Assembly: GCA_018830005.1 (NCBI GenBank)
Contig: JAHJTE010000001.1
Coordinates: forward strand, 1,332 to 65,331
From: Candidatus Omnitrophota bacterium
Lineage (GTDB): Bacteria; Omnitrophota; Gorgyraeia; JAHJTE01
Length of the DNA: 64,000 nt
Reading direction: 5' to 3'
Positions 1 through 8,915 of this stretch are shown here, in pieces. The translations under genes and the position numbers were made by a program. The number at the start of each line of letters is the position of its first letter. Position 1 is the stretch's first letter. The notes beneath the pieces were generated by a model, which saw nothing but the letters and a program-made list of their open reading frames with translations, did not search any database and was not told where the DNA came from.

Positions 1-425
1 TTAATCAATACCTGGTCTTTAATCTCTGCTGTGTCAAATTCAATATCTTTATATATCAAATCTTTTATTTTAATTTTTCGATTCTGGACTACCCTATAGA
101 TTATCGCCTTGCCTTTCACGTTTTCCTTAGTGCTTTCCTGTTCATAGGCTAGGCCTTTATCTAACAACTTCTGTGCATGTTCTTTATATAACTTTGAGCG
201 CTTACTTTGATAATATTCCTCCTGCCAATCCATACCCAGCCACTTAAGGGATGTTAAGATTTCATCCAGGTACTCTTTTTTACTTCTGTTAATATCCGTA
301 TCTTCGATACGCAAGATGAATATTCCATTATTGGCTTTAGCAAAAAGCCAATTAAATATAGCAGTGCGCGCACCACCAATATGCAGATTTCCTGTTGGAC
401 TGGGAGCAAAACGTACTCTAACCAT
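1..425 (-). CDS. gltX: Glutamyl-tRNA synthetase, N-terminal part; ORF runs off the left window edge
   Basis: Reverse-strand translation from ATG at 425-423 gives [30 protein letters not shown]... with the class I HIGH motif. No stop before position 1. The start overlaps the stop of the preceding por gamma gene (ATGGTTAG). Confidence 0.8.
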   Translation of the reverse strand, partial: MVRVRFAPSPTGNLHIGGARTAIFNWLFAKANNGIFILRIEDTDINRSKKEYLDEILTSLKWLGMDWQEEYYQSKRSKLYKEHAQKLLDKGLAYEQESTKENVKGKAIIYRVVQNRKIKIKDLIYKDIEFDTAEIKDQVLI

Positions 426-948
426 TGTATCCTAGCTCAAATGCCTTCTTATTGATCTGGAAAAGTTTAGGATTAACAGCCTTGGCCATCTCAGATAATG
501 TATCTATTAGGGTGTGTTTGGCTATGAGTTTGCGCTGAGATAAATACGCACCCAAGGCAACTATATTTGCAACCTTGATGTTTCCCAAATCAAGTGCTAT
601 TTGTGTTGCTGCTATTTTAACCATCTTAATCTTCTTTGCTGGCTTTGGTACCTTTGCTAAAGAGGTATTCACAACTAAAAGTCCACCCTCTGTTAAGGCT
701 GGCAAAAACTTCATAAGCGAGGGTTGATTCATCACAATAAGCGCATCGGCACAAGCAAAGTAAGGAGAGCCTATTTTTGTCTCACTTATGGTTAGCATGC
801 ACCTTGCTGTGCCTCCTCGCACCTCTGCTCCGTAAGATGGAAGCCAGGTTATATATCTGCCGTTGATCATTGCTGCCTGGGCCAGGACTTTAGCCATAAG
901 CATTATACCCTGACCGCCTGCTCCTGCGAAGATTATGTGTTCAGTCAT
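418..948 (-). CDS. 2-oxoacid:ferredoxin oxidoreductase gamma subunit (POR/VOR/KOR family)
   Basis: 176 aa; the N-terminus [23 protein letters not shown] is typical of Por/Kor gamma. Last gene of a delta-alpha-beta-gamma cluster. Confidence 0.8.
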   Translation of the reverse strand: MTEHIIFAGAGGQGIMLMAKVLAQAAMINGRYITWLPSYGAEVRGGTARCMLTISETKIGSPYFACADALIVMNQPSLMKFLPALTEGGLLVVNTSLAKVPKPAKKIKMVKIAATQIALDLGNIKVANIVALGAYLSQRKLIAKHTLIDTLSEMAKAVNPKLFQINKKAFELGYNG

Positions 949-960
949 TGCTTTACCTTC

Positions 961-1692
961 TCACTTTATCCTGCCCAAAGGATACACCTTCACTATCTCT
1001 TCCTCTATCCAACGCAGGCTCTCCAGAGGTGTCTTTCCCCAATAGGTTGGACAGGGGCTCAAAATTTCAACAAGGCCAAAGCCTTTATTTTCAAGTTGAT
1101 TAGAGAAGGCGTTCTTGATTGCCCGTTTTACATTATGTATAGAACGAACTGTGGTAATTGCAGTGCGTTCTAAATATGATACCTGACTTAATTGAGCAAG
1201 CATCTCCAATAACTTTAAAGGCGGACCTTCCCCGGAACTTAAATTCCTGCCAAGGGGCGTAGTAGCAGTCCTCTGTCCCAGTAAAGTAGTTGGTGCCATC
1301 TGACCGCCCGTCATTCCATACACAGCATTATTAACAAAAATAACGGTTATATTTTCTCCTCTATTGGCAGTATGTATAGTTTCGGCAGTGCCAATAGCTG
1401 CTAAATCACCGTCTCCCTGATAGGTGAAGACTACTTTTTCAGGCTGTGTCCGTTTTAACCCTGTAGCAACTGCCGTCGCCCTTCCATGAGCTGCCTCGGC
1501 AGTATCCAGTTTCCAATAATCATAAGCAATAACCGCGCAACCAACAGGAGCAACAGCAATGGTTTTGTCTCTTATACCAAGTTCATCAATCACCTGGCAT
1601 ATTAATTTATGTATTAAGCCATGTCCGCAACCAGGACAGTAATGGGTTTTTACTTTGCGTAGCGATTCCGGATGAGAATATATCTTTTTCAT
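961..1692 (-). CDS. 2-oxoacid:ferredoxin oxidoreductase beta subunit (thiamine pyrophosphate binding)
   Basis: 243 aa; CPGCGHG cysteine cluster and a GDGD...N thiamine-pyrophosphate motif (YQGDGDLAAIG...NNAVYGMTGGQ). Confidence 0.85.
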   Translation of the reverse strand: MKKIYSHPESLRKVKTHYCPGCGHGLIHKLICQVIDELGIRDKTIAVAPVGCAVIAYDYWKLDTAEAAHGRATAVATGLKRTQPEKVVFTYQGDGDLAAIGTAETIHTANRGENITVIFVNNAVYGMTGGQMAPTTLLGQRTATTPLGRNLSSGEGPPLKLLEMLAQLSQVSYLERTAITTVRSIHNVKRAIKNAFSNQLENKGFGLVEILSPCPTYWGKTPLESLRWIEEEIVKVYPLGRIK

Positions 1693-1699
1693 GAATTTT

Positions 1700-2773
1700 C
1701 TATTTGTTATAAATAGTTTTTATCTTATGTGCTATCTCTTCTTGCGTTGGGATGCCTCCGCCTGTACGACCCAGGAAATCCACGCTACATCTAGCATCAA
1801 CTGCAAGTCTAACATCTTCTAGCATCTGCCCGGCGCTCATCTCAATAACCAGCACCTTTTTATTATTAGAGGCGTCTTTTATCTCCTTTGTAGGAAACGG
1901 CCAGAGACTTATTGGACGCAATAGGCCTAACCTTAAACCTTGTTTTCTTAAACTCCTGACCACGTCCTCTAGGATCCTGGCCATAATACCATAACTTACT
2001 ATTAAAAGTTTACTATCATTCAGAAAAGCGGCTTGATAGCGCACTTCTTTTTTCTGAATCTCTTTATATTTTCTCTGTAATTTTTTGTTAATCTCTTCTA
2101 ATGCGCCTTCTTTTAAAAATAGGGAACGAATTATATTAGGCCTTCTATTTTTAGCCCCCCTCAAGGCCCAGGATTTTTTAATTTTGATAGTCTTTAGTGC
2201 GTAGTGCTCAGCATTTAGATCTACTTGTTCCATCATTTGACCTAACATCCCGTCGGCTAAAATAATTACCGGCATCCTGTATTTATCAGCCAAATCAAAA
2301 GAGAGCTGTGCCAACTCATACGCCTCTTGCACATTAGAAGGTGCTAAGACAATCGAATGATAATCGCCGTGACCACCGCCTTTGACCGCCTGAAAATAAT
2401 CTGACTGGCTGGGAGCAATATTGCCTAAACCCGGTCCGCCGCGCATAACATTTACGATTACTGCTGGTAGCATGCATCCAGCCAGATAGGATATGCCTTC
2501 TTGTTTAAGGCTAATACCCGGGCTTGAAGAACTCGTCATCGCCCGTTTTCCGGCACAGCTTGCCCCAAATACCATATTAATCGCTGCGATTTCGCTTTCT
2601 GCCTGTATAAATATACCCTTAACTTGGGGCATCCTCCTGGAAAAATAAGCAGGTATCTCATTCTGAGGCGTAATCGGATAACCAGCATAGAAACGACAGC
2701 CAGCTAGAATAGCGCCTTCAGCAAATGCCTCATTCCCGCTCATCAATATTTTTTTTGGCTTTTTTGGACTCAT
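1700..2773 (-). CDS. 2-oxoacid:ferredoxin oxidoreductase alpha subunit
   Basis: 357 aa; pyruvate-flavodoxin/ferredoxin oxidoreductase domain similarity across the whole length. Sits between the delta and beta genes. Confidence 0.85.
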   Translation of the reverse strand: MSPKKPKKILMSGNEAFAEGAILAGCRFYAGYPITPQNEIPAYFSRRMPQVKGIFIQAESEIAAINMVFGASCAGKRAMTSSSSPGISLKQEGISYLAGCMLPAVIVNVMRGGPGLGNIAPSQSDYFQAVKGGGHGDYHSIVLAPSNVQEAYELAQLSFDLADKYRMPVIILADGMLGQMMEQVDLNAEHYALKTIKIKKSWALRGAKNRRPNIIRSLFLKEGALEEINKKLQRKYKEIQKKEVRYQAAFLNDSKLLIVSYGIMARILEDVVRSLRKQGLRLGLLRPISLWPFPTKEIKDASNNKKVLVIEMSAGQMLEDVRLAVDARCSVDFLGRTGGGIPTQEEIAHKIKTIYNK

Positions 2774-2778
2774 CGGAT

Positions 2779-2994
2779 TTATTTATATACCTCTATTGCC
2801 GCCTCCGGACAGATAATCGCACAGGCGCAACATCCTGTACAGGCCTTGCCTTTTTTCTCTAGGAATACCACAGGCTTATAGCCTACTTTATTTAGCGAAT
2901 GGCCTTTCTTTATATGTCCAAAAGGACAAAATACTATACACAGATTACATGCCTTACAACGTTTGCTATCAATCTTTATCTTTGCCATATGCAA
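2779..2994 (-). CDS. 2-oxoacid:ferredoxin oxidoreductase delta subunit (2x[4Fe-4S] ferredoxin)
   Basis: 71 aa with two CxxCxxCxxxCP clusters (CKACNLCIVFCP, CTGCCACAIICP). First gene of the operon. Confidence 0.75.
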   Translation of the reverse strand: MHMAKIKIDSKRCKACNLCIVFCPFGHIKKGHSLNKVGYKPVVFLEKKGKACTGCCACAIICPEAAIEVYK

Positions 2995-3046
2995 AAAGTT
3001 AGAGAATTATTGAGCTAGAACATATGTACCTATTTTTTATTTTTAT

Positions 3047-3553
3047 TTAACTTATGTCCACTCTTTTAATTCCCAGAATTCTAGAGAGGCGAATTAAAGT
3101 GAACATTGTGATATTTTTCTTTCCTTCTTCAACTCTGGAGATATCTGGTTGTTTCATACCTATTCTAAAAGCCAGTTGTTTTTGACTTAACCCTTTCTCG
3201 ACTCTTGCCTCTTTAATCAGTTTGCCGAATTCCCGAAAAAAAGCCGGAGTTTTTCCCTCAGCTCTTTTTTGTTTGTGTTGATACTCATCTAAAAGTTGTT
3301 CATATATTGTCTCCCACCAGTCTCTAAATTCCGATTGCCGTATACGTTTTACCCAGTAGACTCTAATCTTCGGCCATATTTTCACAAACTCTTTCTTGCT
3401 AATAACCGAAAAAAGCTCTTTCGGCTTATCACAACGCGATAAAAAAGTAGCCATTCGCATGGTAAATTTAGGGTGCTGAGAATTTTTTAGGATTTTTTTA
3501 GTTTCTCTTAGAGCCCCTTCTTTCAAATCCCAAAAGTATTTTGCAATAATCAT
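3047..3553 (-). CDS. XRE-family helix-turn-helix protein; an N-terminal domain of about 110 aa of unknown function precedes the C-terminal HTH
   Basis: The C-terminus LSQKQLAFRIGMKQPDISRVEEGKKNITMFTLIRLSRILG fits the Cro/C1 HTH_3 pattern. It overlaps the upstream nucleotidyltransferase gene by 4 nt (ATGA), implying translational coupling. Confidence 0.6.
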   Translation of the reverse strand: MIIAKYFWDLKEGALRETKKILKNSQHPKFTMRMATFLSRCDKPKELFSVISKKEFVKIWPKIRVYWVKRIRQSEFRDWWETIYEQLLDEYQHKQKRAEGKTPAFFREFGKLIKEARVEKGLSQKQLAFRIGMKQPDISRVEEGKKNITMFTLIRLSRILGIKRVDIS

Positions 3554-4260
3554 TCGATAACCTCTCTCATAAATTCTTTTATCTCATTCTCCAAATAAAT
3601 AATCATTTCCCTAGAGTTAAATTTCTTATCATAAATATCCATATCGATAAGTGCGAGCTTAAGATCTTGCCGAGAAAATGTTCGATACCAATGAATCATT
3701 CCTCTTTGTAATTGCGAAGAGACGTTCCGCAGGAATATATGCAATGGCTGTATGTTCTTTGAAAGCATATAAACATCAAACACATCACGCCCCTCCTTGC
3801 GACCTTCTATGATTTGCCTGCCTATCTCATCTATTTCAGGCCGAATCCCAGAAATGGCAATAATTTTCTGTAAATAGATATTTTCTACGCTATAAACACG
3901 GACTCCTTCAATTTTTCGTATCGCAGGATCTTGAAAAATAACATCTTCAACAAAATCAATCTTTAATGGTCTGCTAGAGCCCTTAACAGGTATAGTATAA
4001 AAACGAACCTTGGCCTTTCCGCCTGCCACAAACTCAGATTCCAAGTGTATCCTTTTATCTATATCTTTTCCAAATGCAGAGACCAAGTTATTTATTTCTG
4101 AAACCTCATATTTGTGTGAAAAGAAATCCAAATCTGCGGAAAAACGATGGTGTAAATAATACAATTCAAGGGCAGTGCCACCGGCAAGCCCAAAGTCATT
4201 AGCTTTCTTTGAAAAGACCTTTAAAATTTGATTCTGTGCTTTTCTGATTTTAGGATTCAT
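3550..4260 (-). CDS. Nucleotidyltransferase-fold protein, AbiEii/DUF1814-like (candidate toxin or abortive-infection effector)
   Basis: 236 aa. GGTALELYYLHHRFSADLDFF matches the hG[GS]-x(9-13)-DhD nucleotidyltransferase signature and the GGTAL...RFSxDLD pattern of AbiEii-type proteins. Confidence 0.55.
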   Translation of the reverse strand: MNPKIRKAQNQILKVFSKKANDFGLAGGTALELYYLHHRFSADLDFFSHKYEVSEINNLVSAFGKDIDKRIHLESEFVAGGKAKVRFYTIPVKGSSRPLKIDFVEDVIFQDPAIRKIEGVRVYSVENIYLQKIIAISGIRPEIDEIGRQIIEGRKEGRDVFDVYMLSKNIQPLHIFLRNVSSQLQRGMIHWYRTFSRQDLKLALIDMDIYDKKFNSREMIIYLENEIKEFMREVIE

Positions 4261-4276
4261 TTGGTTCTCAATAAAT

Positions 4277-4314
4277 ATAGGTTATAATCTATATATATAT
4301 AGATTATAACCTAT
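4277..4314. promoter_or_regulatory. 38-bp perfect palindrome containing TATAAT on both strands; putative operator/promoter of the nucleotidyltransferase-HTH operon
   Basis: ATAGGTTATAATCTATATA|TATATAGATTATAACCTAT; each half is the exact reverse complement of the other. It lies 17 nt upstream of the ATG at 4260. Confidence 0.5.
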
Positions 4315-4334
4315 ATTAAATATGTGTCAACTAT

Positions 4335-4358
4335 TTTCACAACTTATAAGTTGTGAAA
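4335..4358. promoter_or_regulatory. Second palindrome (TTTCACAACTTATAAGTTGTGAAA) in the same intergenic region
   Basis: 24-bp perfect inverted repeat followed by GCTGTTTTTG. It sits between the dxs 3' end and the nucleotidyltransferase promoter. Confidence 0.4.
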
Positions 4359-4440
4359 TAGCTGTTTTTGTACAATCAAGGTATTGAATAGCGGGGATTA
4401 ACCAGCCTAGCATCAAGAAGAAAGATCTGTTGTGCCACTT

Positions 4441-6306
4441 TTATATTTTATGTCTTATTTCACTTATCGTCTTGGCTATTTTCTCCGGACTCAATCCAAA
4501 TTTATCCAGCAAAACAGAGCGTGGGCCATGCTGTATGAAATCAAGCGGCAGACCCAAACATGTTACCTTGGCCTCTTCTCCTATTATATTTTTGACTCCC
4601 AAGCCAAAACCGCCATCAAGAATGCCCTCTTCAACTGTAATAATATGCTTGCTCTTTTTGGCTAAATCTTTATAAAAATCTTCCTGCAAGGGCTTTGCGC
4701 AACGTGCATTGATAAGGCCGATATCTTTGGCCTTGGGACCTAAAATCTTTATGGCCTCAAATGCCGGCTGTACCATGCTTCCCAGGGCCAGGATAGAAAC
4801 ATCTCCTGGCCTTTTTAAAACTTGAGGCCCTGCTATATTAGAGGTATCCTGAAACTCTTCAGGAAAATTAAAAACATCTGATTTTGGATAGCGAATAGCA
4901 ACAGGACAAGACTGACTAAAGGCAAACTCCAACATTGCCTCTAATTCTAGCCCATCCTTTGGTGCTAAAACAATAATATTGGGTATGGTCCTGAGAAAAG
5001 CAATGTCAAAGATGCCTTGATGCGTTACGCCATCTGAACCCACAATACCAGCGCGGTCAACGGCAAGTACCACGTTTAAATTTTGCAATGCCAGATCAAT
5101 GATAATCTGGTCATAAGAGCGCTGTAAAAAGGTAGAGTAAACAGCTACAACCGGCTTTATGCCTTTAGCAGAAAGCCCTGCGGCAAATGAAACAGCATGC
5201 TGTTCAGCTATGCCAACGTCAAAAAAACGACTCGGAAATTCTTTGCTGAATTTATCCAATCCTGTCCCCTCAGGCATTGCTGCAGTAATGGCTACGATTG
5301 ATTTATCCTTAGAGGCAAGTTGAATGAGCTTATTACTAAAGACCTCTGTAAATGTATGTTTTTTTGAAACAGAATTAGGGAGCGGTCTGCCATTCTGTTT
5401 ATTAAATTTATGGGCGCTATGAAATTTTTCTGGTTGGGCCTCTGCAGGAGCAAAGCCCTTGCCTTTTTTAGTCATTACATGCAAAAGCAGGGGGCCTTCA
5501 ACCTCTTTTAAATTATTCAGGGTTTGGATTAATTGTTCTAGATTATGGCCGTCCAAAGGACCAAAATAACGAAAGCCAAGTTCTTCAAAAAATATTCCCG
5601 GAACAATAAGGCCTTTTAATATCTCTTCAAAATGTAAAGACAACTTTACCAGGCGCGGGCCAATATGAGGGATGCGTAAACTTATAAATTTTTCAAGCGC
5701 AGATTTAAAACGATTATAAATAGGACGGGAAATTATTTTGTTTAGATAACCACTTAATGCTCCCACCGCCGGAGAAATACTCATCTCATTCGTATTTAAT
5801 ATTACTAGTAAATCTTTCTTTAAATGACCCGCATTATTTAAGGCCTCAAAGCACATACCGCCGCTTAGAGAACCATCGCCAATTATGGCGATTGTTTTTT
5901 CTTTGCCTTTTTTTAAGTCCCTGGCAGCAGCATAGCCTAATGCAAGAGAAACTGCTGTTGAACTATGCCCAACGCTAAATACATCATAAACAGATTCTCC
6001 CCGTAAAGGAAAACCGCTAATCCCTTCATACTGCCGCAGGCTAGAAAATTTATCTCTTCTTCCAGTGATAATTTTATGGGCGTAACACTGGTGGCCGACA
6101 TCCCAAACAATGACATCTTCTGGCGCCTGAAAGCAATAATGCAAGGCAATGGTCAACTCCACCACCCCTAGACTGCTTGCAAGATGCCCACCAGAAGAAG
6201 AAACAGCATCAATAATAATGCGGCGTATCTCGCTGGCTAAAATTGGCAGTTTCACACGTGGGATTTTCTTCAAATCCTCTGGGCTATTAACGGTCTCGAT
6301 TAACAT
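4441..6306 (-). CDS. dxs: 1-deoxy-D-xylulose-5-phosphate synthase
   Basis: 621 aa; thiamine-pyrophosphate motif IGDGSLSGGM and full-length transketolase-like architecture. Confidence 0.9.
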   Translation of the reverse strand: MLIETVNSPEDLKKIPRVKLPILASEIRRIIIDAVSSSGGHLASSLGVVELTIALHYCFQAPEDVIVWDVGHQCYAHKIITGRRDKFSSLRQYEGISGFPLRGESVYDVFSVGHSSTAVSLALGYAAARDLKKGKEKTIAIIGDGSLSGGMCFEALNNAGHLKKDLLVILNTNEMSISPAVGALSGYLNKIISRPIYNRFKSALEKFISLRIPHIGPRLVKLSLHFEEILKGLIVPGIFFEELGFRYFGPLDGHNLEQLIQTLNNLKEVEGPLLLHVMTKKGKGFAPAEAQPEKFHSAHKFNKQNGRPLPNSVSKKHTFTEVFSNKLIQLASKDKSIVAITAAMPEGTGLDKFSKEFPSRFFDVGIAEQHAVSFAAGLSAKGIKPVVAVYSTFLQRSYDQIIIDLALQNLNVVLAVDRAGIVGSDGVTHQGIFDIAFLRTIPNIIVLAPKDGLELEAMLEFAFSQSCPVAIRYPKSDVFNFPEEFQDTSNIAGPQVLKRPGDVSILALGSMVQPAFEAIKILGPKAKDIGLINARCAKPLQEDFYKDLAKKSKHIITVEEGILDGGFGLGVKNIIGEEAKVTCLGLPLDFIQHGPRSVLLDKFGLSPEKIAKTISEIRHKI

Positions 6307-6312
6307 ATTATC

Positions 6313-6537
6313 CTAGCGCAGAAAAGGCCTTACCTTTAGCTTGCCCTTCTCTTCTCCAACTACCTGTTCCACCTTGATTTTTACTGATTGTAATTGCTGC
6401 AGGCATTCTTGTGCAAGACGAGAACCAACCTTAAATTTCTTAATCGCCTCTTCCAGGCCCAAGGAGCCAGCCTCCAACTCCTGGACAATATCTTCTAATT
6501 TTTCAAATGCCTGCTCAAAGTCAAATTGCTTTGTCAT
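6313..6537 (-). CDS. xseB: Exodeoxyribonuclease VII small subunit
   Basis: 74 aa; FEQAFEKLEDIVQELEAG...LEEAIKKFKVGSRL is typical of XseB. Confidence 0.85.
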   Translation of the reverse strand: MTKQFDFEQAFEKLEDIVQELEAGSLGLEEAIKKFKVGSRLAQECLQQLQSVKIKVEQVVGEEKGKLKVRPFLR

Positions 6538-6544
6538 AACGCGT

Positions 6545-7699
6545 TTAACCTCTGTTTGATTTATTTTTTAGGACACTCTCCAGTTTTCCTCGCGAAAGAA
6601 TCGTCACCAATTCTGTCCCAACCATTACATCCTTGATATCCCTAATCACCTTATGATTCCTTTTATTAAAAGTAATACTGTATCCTCGCCTTAGAACATC
6701 TAGGGGGCTTAAGGCCTTGAACCTGTCTAGGAACCCTCTTGCCTTGGCAGTTTTTAGTTCTACCATCTGATTCAAACTCCTCCCTAGAGAAACAAGCAAA
6801 TCATCAAGACGCTGTTGATAATCCGGTATAAGCCTGTGCATGTATTGCTCTAGGCGTATTATCAACTCCTTTAATCTATCCTGCAGATTATCGCGAGATG
6901 GAATAATCAATTCTATTGCTGCCGAAGGGGTTGGTGCGCGCAAATCAGCAACAAAGTCTGCTATTGTCCAATCTACCTCGTGCCCTACAGCGCTAACAAC
7001 AGGAATCCGCGAGGAAAAAACAGCACGCGCTAGGACCTCTTCATTAAACGCCCAGAGATCTTCAAGACTACCACCGCCACGGGCAAGCAGCAGGCAATCA
7101 AAGTTGGCGTGTTTGTTTGCGAGCTTAACTGCTTGCGCTATCTCCCCTGCCGCCCCTTCTCCTTGCACCCGCACAGGAAAAAGCGTTGCCTGAATCAACA
7201 TTGCCCTTCGTTTTAGAACAGTAAGCATATCGTGTATAACTGCTCCAGAAGAAGAAGTAATAATTGCTATTCTTTTGGGAAGAGGTGGTATAGACCTTTT
7301 GCGTGCTTGATCAAAAAAACCTTCCCTGGCAAGCTTCTGTTTTAACTGCTGAAAGGCAAGTTCTAGACTGCCTAAGCCTTTTGGCTCAACGCATCTTGCA
7401 CATAACTGATAGTTTCCGCCCCTCTCATATACCCTCACGCTCCCGAAACAGAGAATCTGCATACCATCTTTAAGTTGGAATTTAGGTGACCTGTTATAGT
7501 CTCTAAAAAATACAGTGCGAATCTGGGAATGAGAATCTTTGAGGGTAAAATAGATATGTCCTGATGCAGGCCGGCTTAAATTCGAAACCTCACCTACAAC
7601 CCAAACATCTGGCAAGGAATTTTCCAGTACTGTCTTTATGTCCTGGGTTAACTCTTCTACGGTTAGAACCCGTCTTTTCCCTATTGTTTCTGAAGGCAT
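6545..7699 (-). CDS. xseA: Exodeoxyribonuclease VII large subunit
   Basis: 384 aa; an N-terminal OB fold (VWVVGEVSNLSRPASGHIYFTLKD) followed by the catalytic domain. Confidence 0.9.
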   Translation of the reverse strand: MPSETIGKRRVLTVEELTQDIKTVLENSLPDVWVVGEVSNLSRPASGHIYFTLKDSHSQIRTVFFRDYNRSPKFQLKDGMQILCFGSVRVYERGGNYQLCARCVEPKGLGSLELAFQQLKQKLAREGFFDQARKRSIPPLPKRIAIITSSSGAVIHDMLTVLKRRAMLIQATLFPVRVQGEGAAGEIAQAVKLANKHANFDCLLLARGGGSLEDLWAFNEEVLARAVFSSRIPVVSAVGHEVDWTIADFVADLRAPTPSAAIELIIPSRDNLQDRLKELIIRLEQYMHRLIPDYQQRLDDLLVSLGRSLNQMVELKTAKARGFLDRFKALSPLDVLRRGYSITFNKRNHKVIRDIKDVMVGTELVTILSRGKLESVLKNKSNRG

Positions 7700-8043
7700 T
7701 TATTTACTATCGCTTCAATTCTGGCAACATCTTTTGCATCTAGCTTTTTAAATTCAATACCTGTATCAAAAAATCCCGGTCTCTCTTTTTTAATCTCATG
7801 ACGTCTTACCACCCAGACAACCGTTCCTACGGTTTTAATCGGGGGTTGGCTATCCTTGATATCAAGTTCCAAGGATACGTCAGAAAATAAACCAAGGCCT
7901 TTTTCTAATACAGTGCATATGCCTCCGCAGCCGACGTTCTCCGTATTTGATACAAGGGTCTCCTTACCTTTTTTCTTGCTGATTTTAATCTGGCAAGGGT
8001 AATCAGCCCGCGGGAATCTGCGACGATTTATTCCATCCCACAT
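7681..8043 (-). CDS. PilZ-domain protein (putative c-di-GMP receptor)
   Basis: 120 aa. RRRFPR (RxxxR) is followed about 30 residues later by NVGCGG, approximating the PilZ D/NxSxxG motif. Length is typical of a single PilZ domain. Confidence 0.45.
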   Translation of the reverse strand: MWDGINRRRFPRADYPCQIKISKKKGKETLVSNTENVGCGGICTVLEKGLGLFSDVSLELDIKDSQPPIKTVGTVVWVVRRHEIKKERPGFFDTGIEFKKLDAKDVARIEAIVNKCLQKQ

Positions 8044-8076
8044 AACACACCTCCTCTTAATGTTAATGAGCCCACC

Positions 8077-8856
8077 TTAGGCGGACGCTTTTCTCTTTAT
8101 TCTCTTAATCTTTCGCGCCTGACCTGATTTCTCGTCAATATCAACTAAGACTCCCTGCAATTGTTCATCGCCTCTGGCTAACTCAAAACGCGTAGGTATA
8201 CTACTTAAGAAACGTTCAATAATCTGCTCTTTATTTCTGCCAATAACAGAAGCGCAAGAACCGGTCATGCCTACATCGCTTATATAGGCTGTTTTAGCTG
8301 GTAAGATATTTTCATCGGCAGTCTGAACGTGGGTGTGCGTTCCTAAGACTGCGCTCACCTTACCGTCTAAGAACCAACCCAAGGCTATCTTTTCACTCGT
8401 TGCCTCAGCGTGCATATCAACAATTATAATCTTTACTTTTGGATCAATACCAGTCAAAAGAGATCTGACTACCCTGAATGGACAATCTATAGGGTTCATA
8501 AATACCCGGCCTTCTAAATTTATAACAGCTATTTTTTCATTTTTCACTGTGATCACGATGAGACCTTTTCCAGGAACATTTTCAGGTAGATTCGCAGGAC
8601 GCAAAATTCTAGGATGGTCAATAACGCTAAAAGACTCACGTCTCTTAAAGATATGATCGCCACTTGTCAATACATCTATGCCTTGCGAAAATAGCTCATC
8701 GGCAACAGCTACAGTAATACCTGAGCCACCAGCAGCATTTTCAGCATTTGCAATAACTACGTCAATTTTAAACTCTGTCTTTAGACCTGGCAGGAGACCA
8801 GCTATGGTTTCTCTTCCGGGTTTTCCGACTATATCACCGATAAACAGAATCTTCAT
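8077..8856 (-). CDS. ymdB: YmdB-family metallophosphoesterase (2',3'-cyclic-nucleotide phosphodiesterase)
   Basis: 259 aa; N-terminus MKILFIGDIVGKPGR; immediately downstream of rny, as in Bacillus. Confidence 0.8.
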   Translation of the reverse strand: MKILFIGDIVGKPGRETIAGLLPGLKTEFKIDVVIANAENAAGGSGITVAVADELFSQGIDVLTSGDHIFKRRESFSVIDHPRILRPANLPENVPGKGLIVITVKNEKIAVINLEGRVFMNPIDCPFRVVRSLLTGIDPKVKIIIVDMHAEATSEKIALGWFLDGKVSAVLGTHTHVQTADENILPAKTAYISDVGMTGSCASVIGRNKEQIIERFLSSIPTRFELARGDEQLQGVLVDIDEKSGQARKIKRIKRKASA

Positions 8857-8915
8857 AATATAACTTAATTATACACAGATTAACACAGATACAAGCAATA
8901 AATATTGGCTAGTGT

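Noticed and set aside
6840-7193. 117-aa plus-strand ORF inside xseA, and similar antisense ORFs throughout the window (e.g. 1752..1994, 8333..8656, 9643..9867, 19044..19373, 29529..29951)
   Set aside because: They are antisense to strongly supported genes and have low-complexity Ser/Arg/Pro-rich translations typical of out-of-frame reading of coding DNA.
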